A stretch of 64,000 nt of DNA from Octopus vulgaris (lineage: Eukaryota). The notes beneath the pieces were generated by a model, which was given only the letters and a program-made list of their open reading frames with translations, had not been told where the DNA came from and searched no databases. This document shows, piece after piece, positions 1 to 14,193 of the stretch (positions are counted from its first letter, which is position 1; each line of letters opens with the position of its first letter). The stretch covers positions 9,920,001 to 9,984,000 of the forward strand of contig OX597830.1 of assembly GCA_951406725.2 (NCBI GenBank). Direction: 5' to 3'. Made by a program: the position numbers and the translations under genes.

Positions 1-222
1 TACCAAAAGATTTGAGAGGCCACACTGAATGCAATTTCACAATAAACATCATGTCTCTAGGTAGGTCAGCATCTCGAAATTCGAGCAACATTGTACATCA
101 TGACTAAAAACACAGACAATGTAATTGTTATTTTAAAGTCTAAATAACACATGAGCTCGCTTTAACCCTAAGTCGATTAGCCTGCTGTGCAATCCGACAC
201 GCATTCTCGATATTATCGTATA

Positions 223-292
<70 letters not shown>

Positions 293-478
293 TATATAGT
301 GTTATAATCCTTGAAAATGTTGGATTGTTATAACACCCATTTCTTTATACAGTATGCTTAGCAAAAGCAGTAAGCACACAACTATCTCTAACCACCTAGT
401 ATATGTCCTCTTTACTTACAGTGACAATGATATGCCATTCGTCACGTGGTAGGGGTGTACAATCCTTATTAATTCCCT

Positions 479-530
<52 letters not shown>

Positions 531-624
531 CCTACGGACGTACGTTTCGAGATCAAGTTTTAGGAGAGCATAAGAATTAGAAAATTCTACTTTAGGAGAG
601 CATAAGAATTAGAAAATTCTAACG

Positions 625-679
<55 letters not shown>

Positions 680-739
680 TGTGTGCGTGTGTGTGTGTGT
701 GTGTACGTATGTATATATATGTGTGTGTGTGCGTGTATG

Positions 740-773
<34 letters not shown>

Positions 774-1254
774 CGTATTTATATATATATATCAAATTAA
801 GGAGTCAGATAGAATCACGTACTTGAAAAGACATGCACTAGGTAGGGTTCGATAAACCTGCAGTTCCGTCCTGTCCTAAATATCAAATAGGATATTCCGA
901 TTGTGTACACAGAGAAAACTAACCCTATGAATATCTAGCACTCAGGGACTAGTTCAAAGCACGTGATACGTTGAATTGTACCTTCTTAGTATTTAAATCC
1001 CCTTGGTGTATTTTAATCAAATGATTGATAACAGACAATTATCCATCGTCTCTTATTTGACAAATGGTAATTTCTGTTTGTTTGTGGTTGTGTGTGTTTG
1101 TGAATTTGTTACTTTAACTCCTGGGGAACTATTCAACCGATCTTCATGAACCTTGACATGTGCGTTTGGCTTATGCCTATGCGGACACTTAAGCACTTGG
1201 AATTTCCAAAAAATCAAAATCTTTTAATCACTTTCGTTGTTTAATACCTCTTCT

Positions 1255-2139
1255 GATACGTGGCATTTGGTGACTGAGGGCGATTCCTCTTGCTGCCTCT
1301 ATTTGCTTCTCCTGACACAAATTCGGTTCATGTCAAACTGTTGACAGACGTAGATCCACTTTTGTTTTGATGGCATCAATATCCACCCTGTGTAGGTCTC
1401 CATGAGGATACTGACGAGCTGTGGGTCCTGAAAACCAGGCTATTGCAGTATCCTACCCTGTATCCTGATGGCTATGTTTGGATTTTTGGCATTATGCGTG
1501 TAACTTTCATTGCCAATATTTGCAACAATTTCTTCAAGAATTTTTCAGATGTATATCGCGACTTATCATTCGGACCATTGTTGTAGCAAGTACACTCTTA
1601 CCATATTCAGCCTTTCTCAGAAGCTGACATGTCGTATTCAGTCGACTTTCTTCGTGTAGCTTCGCTAGATTTCTTCGGATTGCATCGTTAATTTTACACT
1701 ATGTAGTGACCATAACTGGGAGCAGTAGTCTAAGCGGTTGAGGATATGTCCTTCAGAGGACCATTATGCTCACCTCTTATTTCGTTCGGAAATCTGTAAG
1801 GATAACTCCGACCAAATTCCTGCATTTTATTGCCAACTTAGTAATATGCAACCGGAAAATGCATCATCACTCATGTCAATGCAGAGGTGGGGGCATTGAT
1901 TTTGGTTCAGAGATTGCAATATCTCTTGTGTATCTTGCATTTCATTCAGCATCATGTGTTGGTAGTGCCGGGTTTGGAATTTTTCAGCACAAAACTGCAT
2001 TGTTGTTGCCCTCATCCTATCTGCATACTGCGTCCTGTTGCAGGTACGCAAAGTCAGTAGGATTCTGTATCCTCAGAGAAACTTTCGCATCGACTGCAAG
2101 AATGGTTATCTGAGCAGCTAAGGGCATATCTGAGAAAGC

Positions 2140-2148
<9 letters not shown>
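1255..2148 (-). mobile_element. CR1/L2-type LINE, 3' part of ORF2 (RT C-terminal half), decayed
   Basis: Minus-strand translation with stops and frameshifts: SDMP..AVDAKV (degenerate FADD region), LQQD, KFQ..HY, RLDYCSQLWS, RSYTKKVD, GFQDPQL, IKTKVDL. These match the C-terminal motifs of CR1-type ORF2, and the fragment resembles 29150-29512. Confidence 0.8.
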
Positions 2149-2199
<51 letters not shown>

Positions 2200-2253
2200 C
2201 ATGCATACACACATACATAAACACACAGACATACACACACGCACAGAGGCATA

Positions 2254-2296
<43 letters not shown>

Positions 2297-2446
2297 GTAT
2301 GAGTAGGTGAACAAGCAAAAAAGACATTCACCACATTTAGTAGGAGTTAAATATGTTATTATATAAAACAGCTTCATTCGGCTTCATGCAGCGAGATTCC
2401 TGTAACGAAAATTTAAGTTACGTGGAGCTGAATCAACTGTTATCCA

Positions 2447-3000
<554 letters not shown>

Positions 3001-3726
3001 AGAGAAAGAGTGGGGAGATTTGGACACCTGCATACATGTATGTCAGGATACAAACACATACAGACACACGTATACGTATGTATGTTTGTAGCTTTGTATG
3101 AGTGTGTTGTCACGTGTGTGCATACATACTTTGTATGCGTGTTTTCGTTTCAATAGTGAAACAAAAAAGAAAAAGTATCAACCACTTCGATAATATAAGA
3201 ATGACAAGAGAATACGAATTAAAAACATTTGCTTCGAACAAGATCCTAATTCTCACATATTTGAAATAACAGGAAAAAAGTGGCGTATAAAATAGTCGCC
3301 ATGTTACTTTGATTTCAGATACGTTTTCCTAACATTTCAGTCGTTCTCTAGACATCTGGTTGCTGTAAATAAACCTCACCGGAGCAATTAAATTGGAAAT
3401 GAAAGAATACGATTAAATAGGGTTAGAATTAATAAGTTTCAAAGTTAACGTTGCTTTAACCGGCAGGAGTAGTGCGGTGGGGGATCGTGGGCGATGGCGG
3501 CGGCTAATGTCGTTTTATCAATACTCAGTGGATATTATATCATTTTATATGCACGCATGCCAGCATGTGTGTATACATGTGTGTATGCGTGTACGTATGC
3601 CTCTATGTATGTGTGTGTATGTATTATGTATGTGTGTGTACGTATGTACGCATGTATGTATATATATATGGATATATATGTGTATACATATGTATATGTC
3701 TATATATATACATATATATATAAATA

Positions 3727-3796
<70 letters not shown>

Positions 3797-4404
3797 TAGA
3801 TATAATTTACTTTTGAATGTGCGTCGCGTATACGGGTGTATAGACATAACTGTAGGCATCCATACATGCATAGATGCCTACATGCACACATTTATACATA
3901 CATATATACATATATACACAAATTCATATGTACACATATATATATACACGAATATAATATACATGCATGTACTTTCATAATGACATACAATATATATACT
4001 CACATACGTACATATATATGTATACATTCACACACACACACACAGTCATATATATATATACATACGTACACTTAATCATATACACAACCACACACGTTTA
4101 TACGTCGAGTTCCATCGTGGCATATCAATGTCTGCGTGTTTAAAGATCCGTGACAAATTGCAGTTTTTAAACGATATTTCATTTATGTTTGTCTTCAACG
4201 TCTTACGTAGACAAATGATGCAAAAGAGTAACACTGACCTTCCAGAATCGACGCCCAGAAGTTTTAGTGACCTTGACCTTTGACTACGCATGACATTTCA
4301 TTGCCAATGACCTTTCTCAAACCATGACCTTTCCAACACGTTCGTCATATCAGAGACTTTGACTTTCTGTATACTGATATCTGCTGGAGAATTATAACAT
4401 AAAA

Positions 4405-4800
4405 TCTTTATATATAAAAGTGAGGTTGTGTGTCTGTCTCCTACGATTTAGATTCCTAACTATTCCCACATTTTGCGGTGCAGTTTAACCAAAAGCGGGT
4501 ATCGTATAGTCGTGATTCATATCGAGCTCTACTGGGTATTAGCGCGCGTCTACGATGAGTCTACGATTTTTTAAAAAATTACCATAATTTTTTTCCATTT
4601 TAATGCATTTTTTCGCTATTATATAAGGGAAGTAACTCTCTAAAAATGTCTGCGATGAGTCAAGGATTTAAAAAAAATTTACCATAATTTTTTTCCCATT
4701 TTTAATGAATTTTTTTGCTATTTTTTGGCTATAACTCTCTAAAAATGCTTATATAGTTATTCCCCTTACAAACCCGAGCAACGCCGGGCGATACTGCTAG
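4405..4800 (+). mobile_element. Non-autonomous Helitron (about 396 bp)
   Basis: Starts A|TCTTTATATATAAAAG; ends with hairpin CCCGAGCAACGCCGGG (4773-4788) then CTAG|T. Inserted between A and T with no TSD. Internal ~100-bp imperfect tandem duplication at about 4548-4748. Confidence 0.85.
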
Positions 4801-4864
4801 TTATATTAAAAGCCAAGCAATTCTAGAAGGAAGGACGGCATTTAGCTTCAGTAGTACTCGTGAA

Positions 4865-5132
4865 AATTGCGGGTCTGGATGTAAGATAAGAGGGCTGGTA
4901 ATGGGAAGAAAAACAGGTATAAGAGCTGTGCTTGTAACAAGCGGAAGGAACGTGGTCTTATAACAATAATTATAACAGGGTGAATGGAAAGGAGTTAAAA
5001 TTGCAGGGCCTGGATGTTAGATAGAGGGCTGGTAATGAGAAGAAAAATTGTTATAAGAGCTGTGTCTGTAAGGAGCAGAAGAATCGTGGTCTTATAGCAA
5101 TAATTATAATAGGGTGAGTGGGAAGAGTTAAC
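4865..5132. repeat. Diverged tandem duplication, ~133-bp unit x2
   Basis: TTGC..CTGGATGT..AGAGGGCTGGTAATG..ATAAGAGCTGTG..CGTGGTCTTATA..GAGTTAA occurs twice head to tail. Confidence 0.8.
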
Positions 5133-5145
5133 CAATCGTTTGTGT

Positions 5146-5346
5146 GAGGCAAAATGCTTTGTGGTATTTTGTCCGCCTCTGCGTTCTGAGTTCAAATTCC
5201 GCCGTGGTCGACTTTACCTTTCATCCTTTCGGGGCCGATAAATTAAGTGCCCGTTACGCACTGGGTTCAATCTAATCAACTTAATCTGTTTGTCTGTACT
5301 TGTTTGTCCTCTCTATGTTTAGCCCCTTGTGGGCAATAAAGAAATA
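5146..5346 (+). mobile_element. tRNA-derived SINE family A (Meta-domain-like core), 5'-truncated
   Basis: B box GAGTTCAAATTCC, core GTCGACTTT.CCTTTCATCCTTTCGGGG.CGATAAATTAAGT, tail ending GGGCAATAAAGAAAT; homologous to more than 15 other copies in the window. Confidence 0.85.
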
Positions 5347-5603
5347 GTTATTGGTTTGTTTTCTAGTTAGTGTGGAAGCAGTAACTTCCGAAGTTTTATG
5401 GACGCTAATTTAATGTGAACTAGGCTGTCTATTGGTTAGTGTAGATATTATTCATGTTGGATGTGTGCTGTGCAGTACATCTCCGCCAAAAAGCAGGCAA
5501 ACATGGAATTTATACAGTGTCAATAAGAAACTGTTCCTTAAATTTCTCGTTTCTAAATACGGATAATGCTCCTGCTGCTGCCAATATTGAATATGGAAAT
5601 TCC

Positions 5604-5636
<33 letters not shown>

Positions 5637-5820
5637 AGCGGCGGCGGCGGCCATGATGACGACGACGATGATGATGATGGTGAGAGCGATTACGATAACA
5701 ACGATGACGATGATGATGATGATGATTATGACAATGAGGATGATGATGATAACGATGAAAGTGATGATGGTGAGGACGACGACAACAATGATAATGAGGA
5801 TGATGACAATAACGTTGATG

Positions 5821-5881
<61 letters not shown>

Positions 5882-5970
5882 CGATGATGATGACAACAAC
5901 GACCACAATTACGACGACGATGCTGATGATGACGAAGACGACACTGACAGCGACAACGACGATGACCAAT
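5604..5970. repeat. Degenerate (GAT/GAC/AAC)n trinucleotide tract
   Basis: Visible; source of the poly-D/H/M/I ORFs in several frames. Confidence 0.95.
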
Positions 5971-6079
5971 TATAGAGAGGGAGAGAGACACAGACGTACA
6001 CACATATAATCAACCCTACTCCCTCTTTGTCTTTGTGTCTACCTCTCTCTCTCTGTCTCTCTCTGTCTCAGTCTGTCTG

Positions 6080-6128
<49 letters not shown>

Positions 6129-6616
6129 TTCCTGCCTTCTATTCAACATTTCTTCATATATTCCTGCCTCCTATCCAACGAGTCGCGTCTCATTTCTTCC
6201 AGATGTTTCCAAATGGATTATTATTTTACGATGCCGAAAAACTGCCTCTTTGATTGCTCCATTTACACCTTAGGCCGACGATAGTCGAAGAAACAATAGT
6301 CAAGATTTCTGAGAACAAATATTCTCCACTGGACCAATGTGCTTCCTGGTTCCGTTCTTCAGAATCATCTCAGAATACATTCCACCAGGGATCAGCATAT
6401 TCTTAAAACCTAAACAAAAGGCACAGGAGACAATTTACTATTTCAAAAATCAGGCGCTGGTTGTAGCTCTCAGACCGCAATACTGACGTCGGTCACTAAT
6501 ATATCTCCTTCGTAAAAATGCCAGATATATTATTAAAATAATTCGGATTGGGAAAGATATGATTTTCATTTCAAAGAATATAGAAGAATAAGGCTAAATC
6601 CTATATGATATTGTTT

Positions 6617-7010
6617 TCTACTCTAGGCACACGGCACAAAATTTTTGAGAAAGGGGACAGTCCATTAGATTCACCTCAGTACGCAACTGGTACTAAATTT
6701 ATCGACCCCCGAAAGGTTAAACGGCAAAGTCGACCTCGGCGGATTTTGAACTCAGAACTTAAAGACAGAGGAAAGATCTATTTCTCTACCACCCACAGGG
6801 GCTAAACACAGAGAGGACAGACAAGGACAGACAAACGGATTAAGTCGATTATATCGACCCCAGTGCGTAACTGGTACTTATTTAATCGACTCCAAAAGGA
6901 GGAAAGGCAAAGTCGACCTCGGCGGAATTTGAACTCAGAACATAAAGACAGATGAGATAAAGCTAATCATTTCGCCCAGCGTGCTAACGTTTCGGCCAGC
7001 TCGCCGCCTT
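6617..7010 (-). mobile_element. SINE family A, nested/dimeric copy
   Basis: Two cores and two different tails; head GGCGGCGAGCTGG at the right end on the minus strand. Confidence 0.85.
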
Positions 7011-7386
7011 AAATCCTCTACGATATCAATTTGCCGCTTAAAATGTTTGACAAGCCAGACATTTTTTTTTTAAAAAAAAGAGCATCAGGAAAGACGCTTT
7101 TACGCAGAAATTTTTTCACCTATGAAAAAAAGGGTGGAGATCGGCAGAAGATATGTGCGTTTATACTGGCTTCCTCTGACATATTGCACGAAAACAGTAG
7201 GTGGTTCATGCGAATGGAAACAGATGGACAAACAGAACAATACCCACAAAAAAGAATGTGTGCATGTATGTATGTATGTATGTATGTATGTATGTATGTA
7301 TGTATGTATGTATGTATGAATGTATGTACGCACGCATGTGCGTGTATATAACTATATATATATATATATATGTATCTATCTATCTA

Positions 7387-7440
<54 letters not shown>

Positions 7441-7486
7441 CACACATTTACACGTACATACATATATATATACACACACACACACT

Positions 7487-7522
<36 letters not shown>

Positions 7523-7726
7523 TAGATAGATAGATATATAGTTAGATAGAGATAGAGGGAGAGGGAGAGAGAGAGAGAGAAAGATTGTTAGATAGAGGTA
7601 TATACGTACACACAAATAACGATATAGATGCAGATATAAATATGTATGTATATATGTATGTATGTATTTCTCTCTCTCCCTATCTATATCTATTTATCTA
7701 TCTATCTATCTATGTATCTATGTATC

Positions 7727-7766
<40 letters not shown>

Positions 7767-7783
7767 CGTAGGTATATATATAT

Positions 7784-7820
<37 letters not shown>

Positions 7821-8153
7821 TGTGCGAGTGTGTATGCTTGTGTATTTACGTATGTATGCACACAGTCTATATGTATATATATTCATATTGCTCTCTCTCT
7901 CTTTCTCTAAATATATATATATATGTGTGTTTGTGCGTGTGTGTGTATGAGCGTGTGCGCGCGCACAAATAGTTCTGCACATATACATGCACAAGTAGAG
8001 TGGCGCTTACATGTCTAAAAATGTATATGTATATTTATGTGAGTGTATGTGTGTCTATGTGTGTGTGTGCATTTCTGCGTCTGTGCTTGTGTGTGCATAT
8101 GTGCGTGTATGTATGTATGTATATATATAAATAAATAAATATATACATATATA

Positions 8154-8975
8154 CGAGGGACGTTCAATAAGTAATGCCTCTGACTCACTTGCAGTTGTTT
8201 GATCTAGCTGAAATTTTGCATGTGCAATCATTTATATCTCTATAGAGTAAGTGACAAATTACAGCTATGAATTAATTGTGTTTTCTGATTTACAGGTGTT
8301 TGAACCGAGTCAAGTGTGAACTGGAGCCTGTTGAGTGTCGAGCAGTGATCCGGTTTTTGTATTTGAAAGGACGCACACCACGGGAGACTTTTGATGAAAT
8401 GAAAGTAACTTATGGTGATGATGCCCCATCATATGACCTTGTAAAACCCTGGCATCGTGAATTCAAACATGGTCGGAACTCGGTGGAAACAGCTCCCAGA
8501 TCTGGTCGCCCCCTTCTGCCATTGATGAGGCATCTGTCCGTCAAGTTGAGGCTGCCATTTTGGAAGATCGACGCATAACTATTCGCCAAATAGCCCATGA
8601 GGTCAAGATTAGTACCGGGTCTGTGGAAACTATCATTCATGACCATTTGCATATGCAAAAGGTGTCTGCCAGATGGATTCCCAGGTTGCTCACGCCTTTC
8701 CAGAAGCAAGAACGCGTCGAGTGCTCGAGGGTGAATTTGGAGATATGCCAAGATGAGTCAAAATTTTTCAAAAGACTGATTACACAGGATGAAACCTGGG
8801 TCCATCACGATGATCCAGAGACCAAAGCCCAGTCTCCAGAGCCGCATCAAACGATGGAAGAAATGCGTAACTCTTGGTGGGTCCTATGTAGAAAAAGACT
8901 AATAACTGTGCCAAGTTTCGTTGCTCTACTGCTATGGGAAGTGGGTCAGGGGCATTACTTATTGAACGCCCCTCG
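8154..8975 (+). mobile_element. mariner DNA transposon, internally deleted
   Basis: TIRs CGAGGGACGTTCAATAAGTAATGCC / GGCATTACTTATTGAACGCCCCTCG with TA on both sides. Transposase remnant: HTH region RAVIRFLYLKG..PRSGRP, frameshift, WIPRLL, LITQDETWVH, then a jump to the C-terminus RWKKCVTLGGSYVEKD*. Confidence 0.95.
8324..8902 (+). pseudogene. mariner transposase pseudogene (frameshifted, most of the catalytic domain deleted)
   Basis: ORFs 8276..8578 and 8560..9204 each carry part of the transposase; the second and third catalytic Asp motifs are absent. Confidence 0.9.
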
Positions 8976-9006
<31 letters not shown>

Positions 9007-9060
9007 GTGTGCGTGTATGTGTGTGTAAATATTATATGTATCATATATATAAATATTATA

Positions 9061-9122
<62 letters not shown>

Positions 9123-9474
9123 GTATTTGTATGTAATAGACCAATATAGTATATCGAGACATACACACACAAAGACACACACGAAGATATATGTGAACAA
9201 ATAACCATAGATTGTTTCCTCATATTTGCCCATACCTCACCTGCCATTAGAGTATCTGCTTTGGTTAGAAAGCAGGATTTTAAGGCTTAGAATTAGCCAA
9301 GCGAATAATTCCTTCTTGCTTACCTACTACTGTGTAAACATCTTCACACTTACTATATACCCACTTACTCACACACACACGTATACAGATGCATACATAC
9401 TTACATACATACATGCACACGTACATATATATTCATCCCTATATATGTGTGTATATATAATATGCAATATATAT

Positions 9475-9627
9475 TTAGCTGTCTGGTAAGCAGCTTGCTT
9501 ACCAACCACATAGTTCCGGGTTCAGTCCTACTGCGTGGCACCTTTGGCTAGTGTCTTCTGCTATAGCCTCGGGCCGATCAAAGCCTTGTGCGTGGATTTG
9601 TTAGACGAAAACTAAAAGAAGCCCGTC

Positions 9628-9630
<3 letters not shown>
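9475..9630 (+). mobile_element. tRNA-derived SINE family B, 5' half
   Basis: A-box-like GCTGTCTGGTAAG, B box GGGTTCAGTCC; matches full copies at 54475-54872 and 51045-51460. Confidence 0.85.
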
Positions 9631-9706
<76 letters not shown>

Positions 9707-9885
9707 CACACATATGCTTTCGGTTCGAATGGTTTTGTTATACGGTGCTTTATTTTACAATCCTATAAATAACAATTATAGCAATCACCATTCGATGACT
9801 ACCCTCACAGATTAAGTCACTTGCTGACCGCGTGCGTACCGTTGGCGGTTCTTTTAACTCCATCTTCCCTTCCTTGGATCTTTCT

Positions 9886-9920
9886 TTTTCTGACGAAGAA
9901 CTCCGCTCGAAACGTTAAAT
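9886..9920 (+). ncRNA. Minimal type I hammerhead-like motif in a (TA)n-flanked element (about 9715-10020)
   Basis: TTT CTGACGA AGAAC-TCC-GCTC GAAA CGT TA AA: core boxes in order, palindromic stem III (AACGTT), one mismatch in stem II and a weak stem I. Confidence 0.6.
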
Positions 9921-10014
9921 CCTCTTTCTTTCCTTTCCTGAGTGTCCAATAACACTATACTTGTTCCACGTCCCCGCGTTGTTGTGTTTTCTCTTTGTGT
10001 TTTCATGTTTGGAT

Positions 10015-10137
<123 letters not shown>

Positions 10138-10251
10138 ATATTTCGGAATGGTCATATTGCCAGTTTAGCCAATAAAAACACACGCACTGTATATTTGGTG
10201 TTATTTTGCTTCAGTGATATTTATTTTTTACATTAATCTTAATCTTATTTC

Positions 10252-10296
10252 GGCCAGAGTTCTTTCGTCACACTCCTGTGACCGCATCAGTGGTCC
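10252..10296 (-). ncRNA. Type I hammerhead-like motif (CUGAUGC core variant)
   Basis: Minus strand GGACCA CTGATGC G GTCACA-GGAG-TGTGAC GAAA GAAC TC TGGCC; same family at 49619-49662 and 49804-49848. Confidence 0.6.
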
Positions 10297-10662
10297 TTTG
10301 TTTTCTTCTTTCGTATTTGTGTCTCTTCTTACTAACCGTCAGCCATTTTGTATTTCTATCGTATGTCTTCATTTGCGCATGCTTATATCTCTATGTACGT
10401 CTATGTTTATTTAGTGTGTGTGGGGGGATGCCTGTAATATTTGTATCTTCTGTTTATATACATTCATGTAATTTGTATTTTGTTTTTGTTGTTGTTGCTT
10501 TTGTTCTAATTTTGTTCATGTGTTTACATCCACCCATTATTATCATTACATATGCTTGTATGTATGTATAACAACAATATTAGTAATAATAATAATACAT
10601 CTAATCGAAAAAATATATATATATATATATATATTTATATACATATACACATATATATACAC

Positions 10663-10705
<43 letters not shown>

Positions 10706-10963
10706 TACATATACATACATAGATATATATACATATATATAGTTATTCATTTCTATTTGTTTATTTATCTGTGTATTTATTTATTATGTTTTCGGGATCC
10801 TCTATCGTCATATGTTGTGGTGTGTGTTATTGCTCCATTCTAGTTTTCTATTCAGGCTAGGTATATTTTCTATTATTATTATGACCATTCCGACATATAA
10901 CAATATCTGTTTCAACACACGACTTCACATAAAAAATCTTGCACAACAAATATTTAAACGTAG

Positions 10964-11016
<53 letters not shown>

Positions 11017-11167
11017 GCATATGTGGGCACAGGACCCTATGAAACGTGTCCAACAAAAAAAAAAACAAACACGAGAACATGGGACATGAACTGTTTTTTC
11101 GAACAACGAAAGGCACACACACACATACACACACACACACACAAACACTCACACACACATATATACA

Positions 11168-11225
<58 letters not shown>

Positions 11226-11371
11226 AAAAGCAATAAAGATTCAAGTTAATTTAAATGAATTTACTTGAATATGGTACCTAACTTAGATGCACCAAAAAAA
11301 ACTATACTGTTTTAACAATACAATAATGTGGGGTGATTATAAGCGAGAAAGAAGCAACAAGAATGGATAGG

Positions 11372-11454
11372 TTTTAGTACAATTGTTTCATACAAGGACA
11401 TTAAAAGTTGCAAAATTACAGCATATAAACGTGTCCTGTACTCATCAGCTAAAA
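11372..11454 (-). ncRNA. Type I hammerhead ribozyme motif (left arm of the palindrome)
   Basis: Minus strand TTTTAG CTGATGA GTACAGGACA..TGTCCTTGTAT GAAA CAATTG TA CTAAAA. Confidence 0.8.
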
Positions 11455-12040
11455 TACATGTGAGTTCTCTAGACATCCTATTGGTTGAGGCTATACTCAT
11501 GAAGTAGATAATTAAGTAACATAAACAGATTTCCAAAGTTCATTAAAGTTCTATAAAGATGATGTACAGTCTTATCACAGAATTTAAAAAAAAGTTTTAA
11601 CAGCATCACAGAGAAGGTGACCTAATCCATAGTGCACATATGAATTTCCAGAGATATGATGAGGGATTACATACTCACAAACGACAAATTTATCCATTGT
11701 TAATCACAACGAGGTGGGTCTCAATTCCTGCTTGTTAGCATTCACCCTCTCTGTAATGCTAATAAGCAGGAATTGAGACCCACCTCGTTGTGATTAACAA
11801 TGGATAAATTTGTCGTCTGTGAGTATGTAATCCCTCATCATATCTCTGGAAATTCATATGTGCACTATGGATTAGGTCACCTTCTCTGTGATGCTGTTAA
11901 AACTTTTTAAAATTCTGTGATAAGACTGTACATCATCTTTATAGAACTTTAATGAACTTTGGAAATCTGTTTATGTTACTTAATTATCTACTTCATGAGT
12001 ATAGCCTCAACCAATAGGATGTCTAGAGAACTCACATGTA

Positions 12041-12131
12041 TTTTAGCTGATGAGTACAGGACACGTTTATATGCTGTAATTTTTGCAACTTTTAATAAAG
12101 CCTGTCCTTGTATGAAACGATTGTACTAAAA
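12041..12131 (+). ncRNA. Type I hammerhead ribozyme motif with extended stem II
   Basis: Stem I TTTTAG/CTAAAA, core CTGATGA, stem II GTACAGGACA/TGTCCTTGTAT, GAAA, short stem III CGATTG, predicted cleavage after UA (A12125). Confidence 0.8.
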
Positions 12132-12161
12132 ACCTATCCATTCTTGTTGCTTCTTTCTCGC

Positions 12162-12207
<46 letters not shown>

Positions 12208-12436
12208 CAAGAGAGTTAGAGGTTGTGAATCCAACCAACTAAGGGATAATATCTATCCAATATACTGCTGGTAGAATATCCAATTATTAATACGCAAGTT
12301 TTGGTTATTCCGTGGCAATTACACTACACATTCGTTTGTTCGTGTTCTTTTATACACAGGTTTCTCTATTTTTTTTCTATTTTGCTCATTTCTACAAAGA
12401 TAGTGAAGTTAATAAATCATTGCAAGTACCTTTGAA

Positions 12437-12530
12437 TGGTCTCTTATTGTAGATTTATCTCTTAAGAAATTGATACAAACCTCTGGTCTCTTATTGTAGA
12501 TTTATCTCTTAAGAAATTGATACAAACCTC
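12437..12530. repeat. Perfect 47-bp tandem duplication inside a (TA)n-flanked element
   Basis: TGGTCTCTTATTGTAGATTTATCTCTTAAGAAATTGATACAAACCTC x2. Confidence 0.92.
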
Positions 12531-12886
12531 ATTAGATTCGCTTCATAAAACCCATACGGTGAGTTACGTATATTTTCTGCCCAGTGTTCTTAATACACAG
12601 CAACATACTTTCATCTTCTTGTCAAGATTGTTCGGATATATTATAAGTAATTAAATAACAATTGCTGACAGATTTATTTAATAAGTTATCCACTTATACA
12701 AATCAGTTTCAAGGGTTCTTATCTGTAGAGTTTTTACAAACTAGTCTCTGTGTTAACTCCAAAACAATGAGATTCTTACGACACTTGAAAGTGATGTGTT
12801 TAGCTTGAAACATTGAAACAATTGCGTTTCGTTAAGCTCAGAACTGAAGGACACTTTTATGCAGATATTTGTAGCAAGTTGTACAT

Positions 12887-13114
<228 letters not shown>

Positions 13115-13574
13115 ACATGTATATATATATAGAGAGAGAGAGAGAGAGACATATATATATATGTTGATACATATGTATATGTATCTACACGGATGTACAT
13201 ACGTATGTCTGTCTGTATGTATGTATGTATGTATGTAAGTTTGTATGTATTTCTCAACATATAAAACTATTAGTCGCACCTAAAAACATGTATTGTATCC
13301 TTTAAATAGATAATATTTGTCTCTCACCACATGGTAATTATTTGTTGAATTTTCTATCAAGGAACAGTACATTATATATATGTATGCATATATATATTCA
13401 TATATATATATATATGTATATGTGTGTATGTATATAATTATATGTATATGTATAACATAAGCATACTTATGTGTGTGGATGTGCCTATCTATCTATCTCT
13501 CTCCCTCCCTCTCTCTCTCTATCTGTATTTATATGTATATATATATCAAAAATAACAGAGTGATAATAATAATA

Positions 13575-14193
<619 letters not shown>

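Larger units (their letters stand above)
11343..12161. repeat. Long near-perfect inverted repeat (~400-bp arms, 12-nt loop) between (TA)n tracts
   Basis: 11343-11742 is the reverse complement of 11755-12161 apart from a few substitutions and small indels; loop CACCCTCTCTGT. Confidence 0.97.

Noticed and set aside
950-1000. Possible decayed hammerhead on the minus strand; similar hints near 12430-12540, 26110-26165 and 57250-57300
   Set aside because: One core box is missing or the stems cannot be paired.
1070-1230. Helentron/DINE-like fragment (CAACCGATCTTCATGAA); also GTCC repeats near 55815
   Set aside because: Only isolated motifs; no termini could be defined.
5454-5975. Asp-rich 173-aa ORF resembling an acidic biomineral protein
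   Set aside because: Degenerate (GAT)n tract open in multiple frames, no signal peptide or splice context; a similar tract lies inverted at 40655-41230.
6190-6415. Complex island with a minus-strand acceptor-like site
   Set aside because: All frames stop early and no domain is recognisable.
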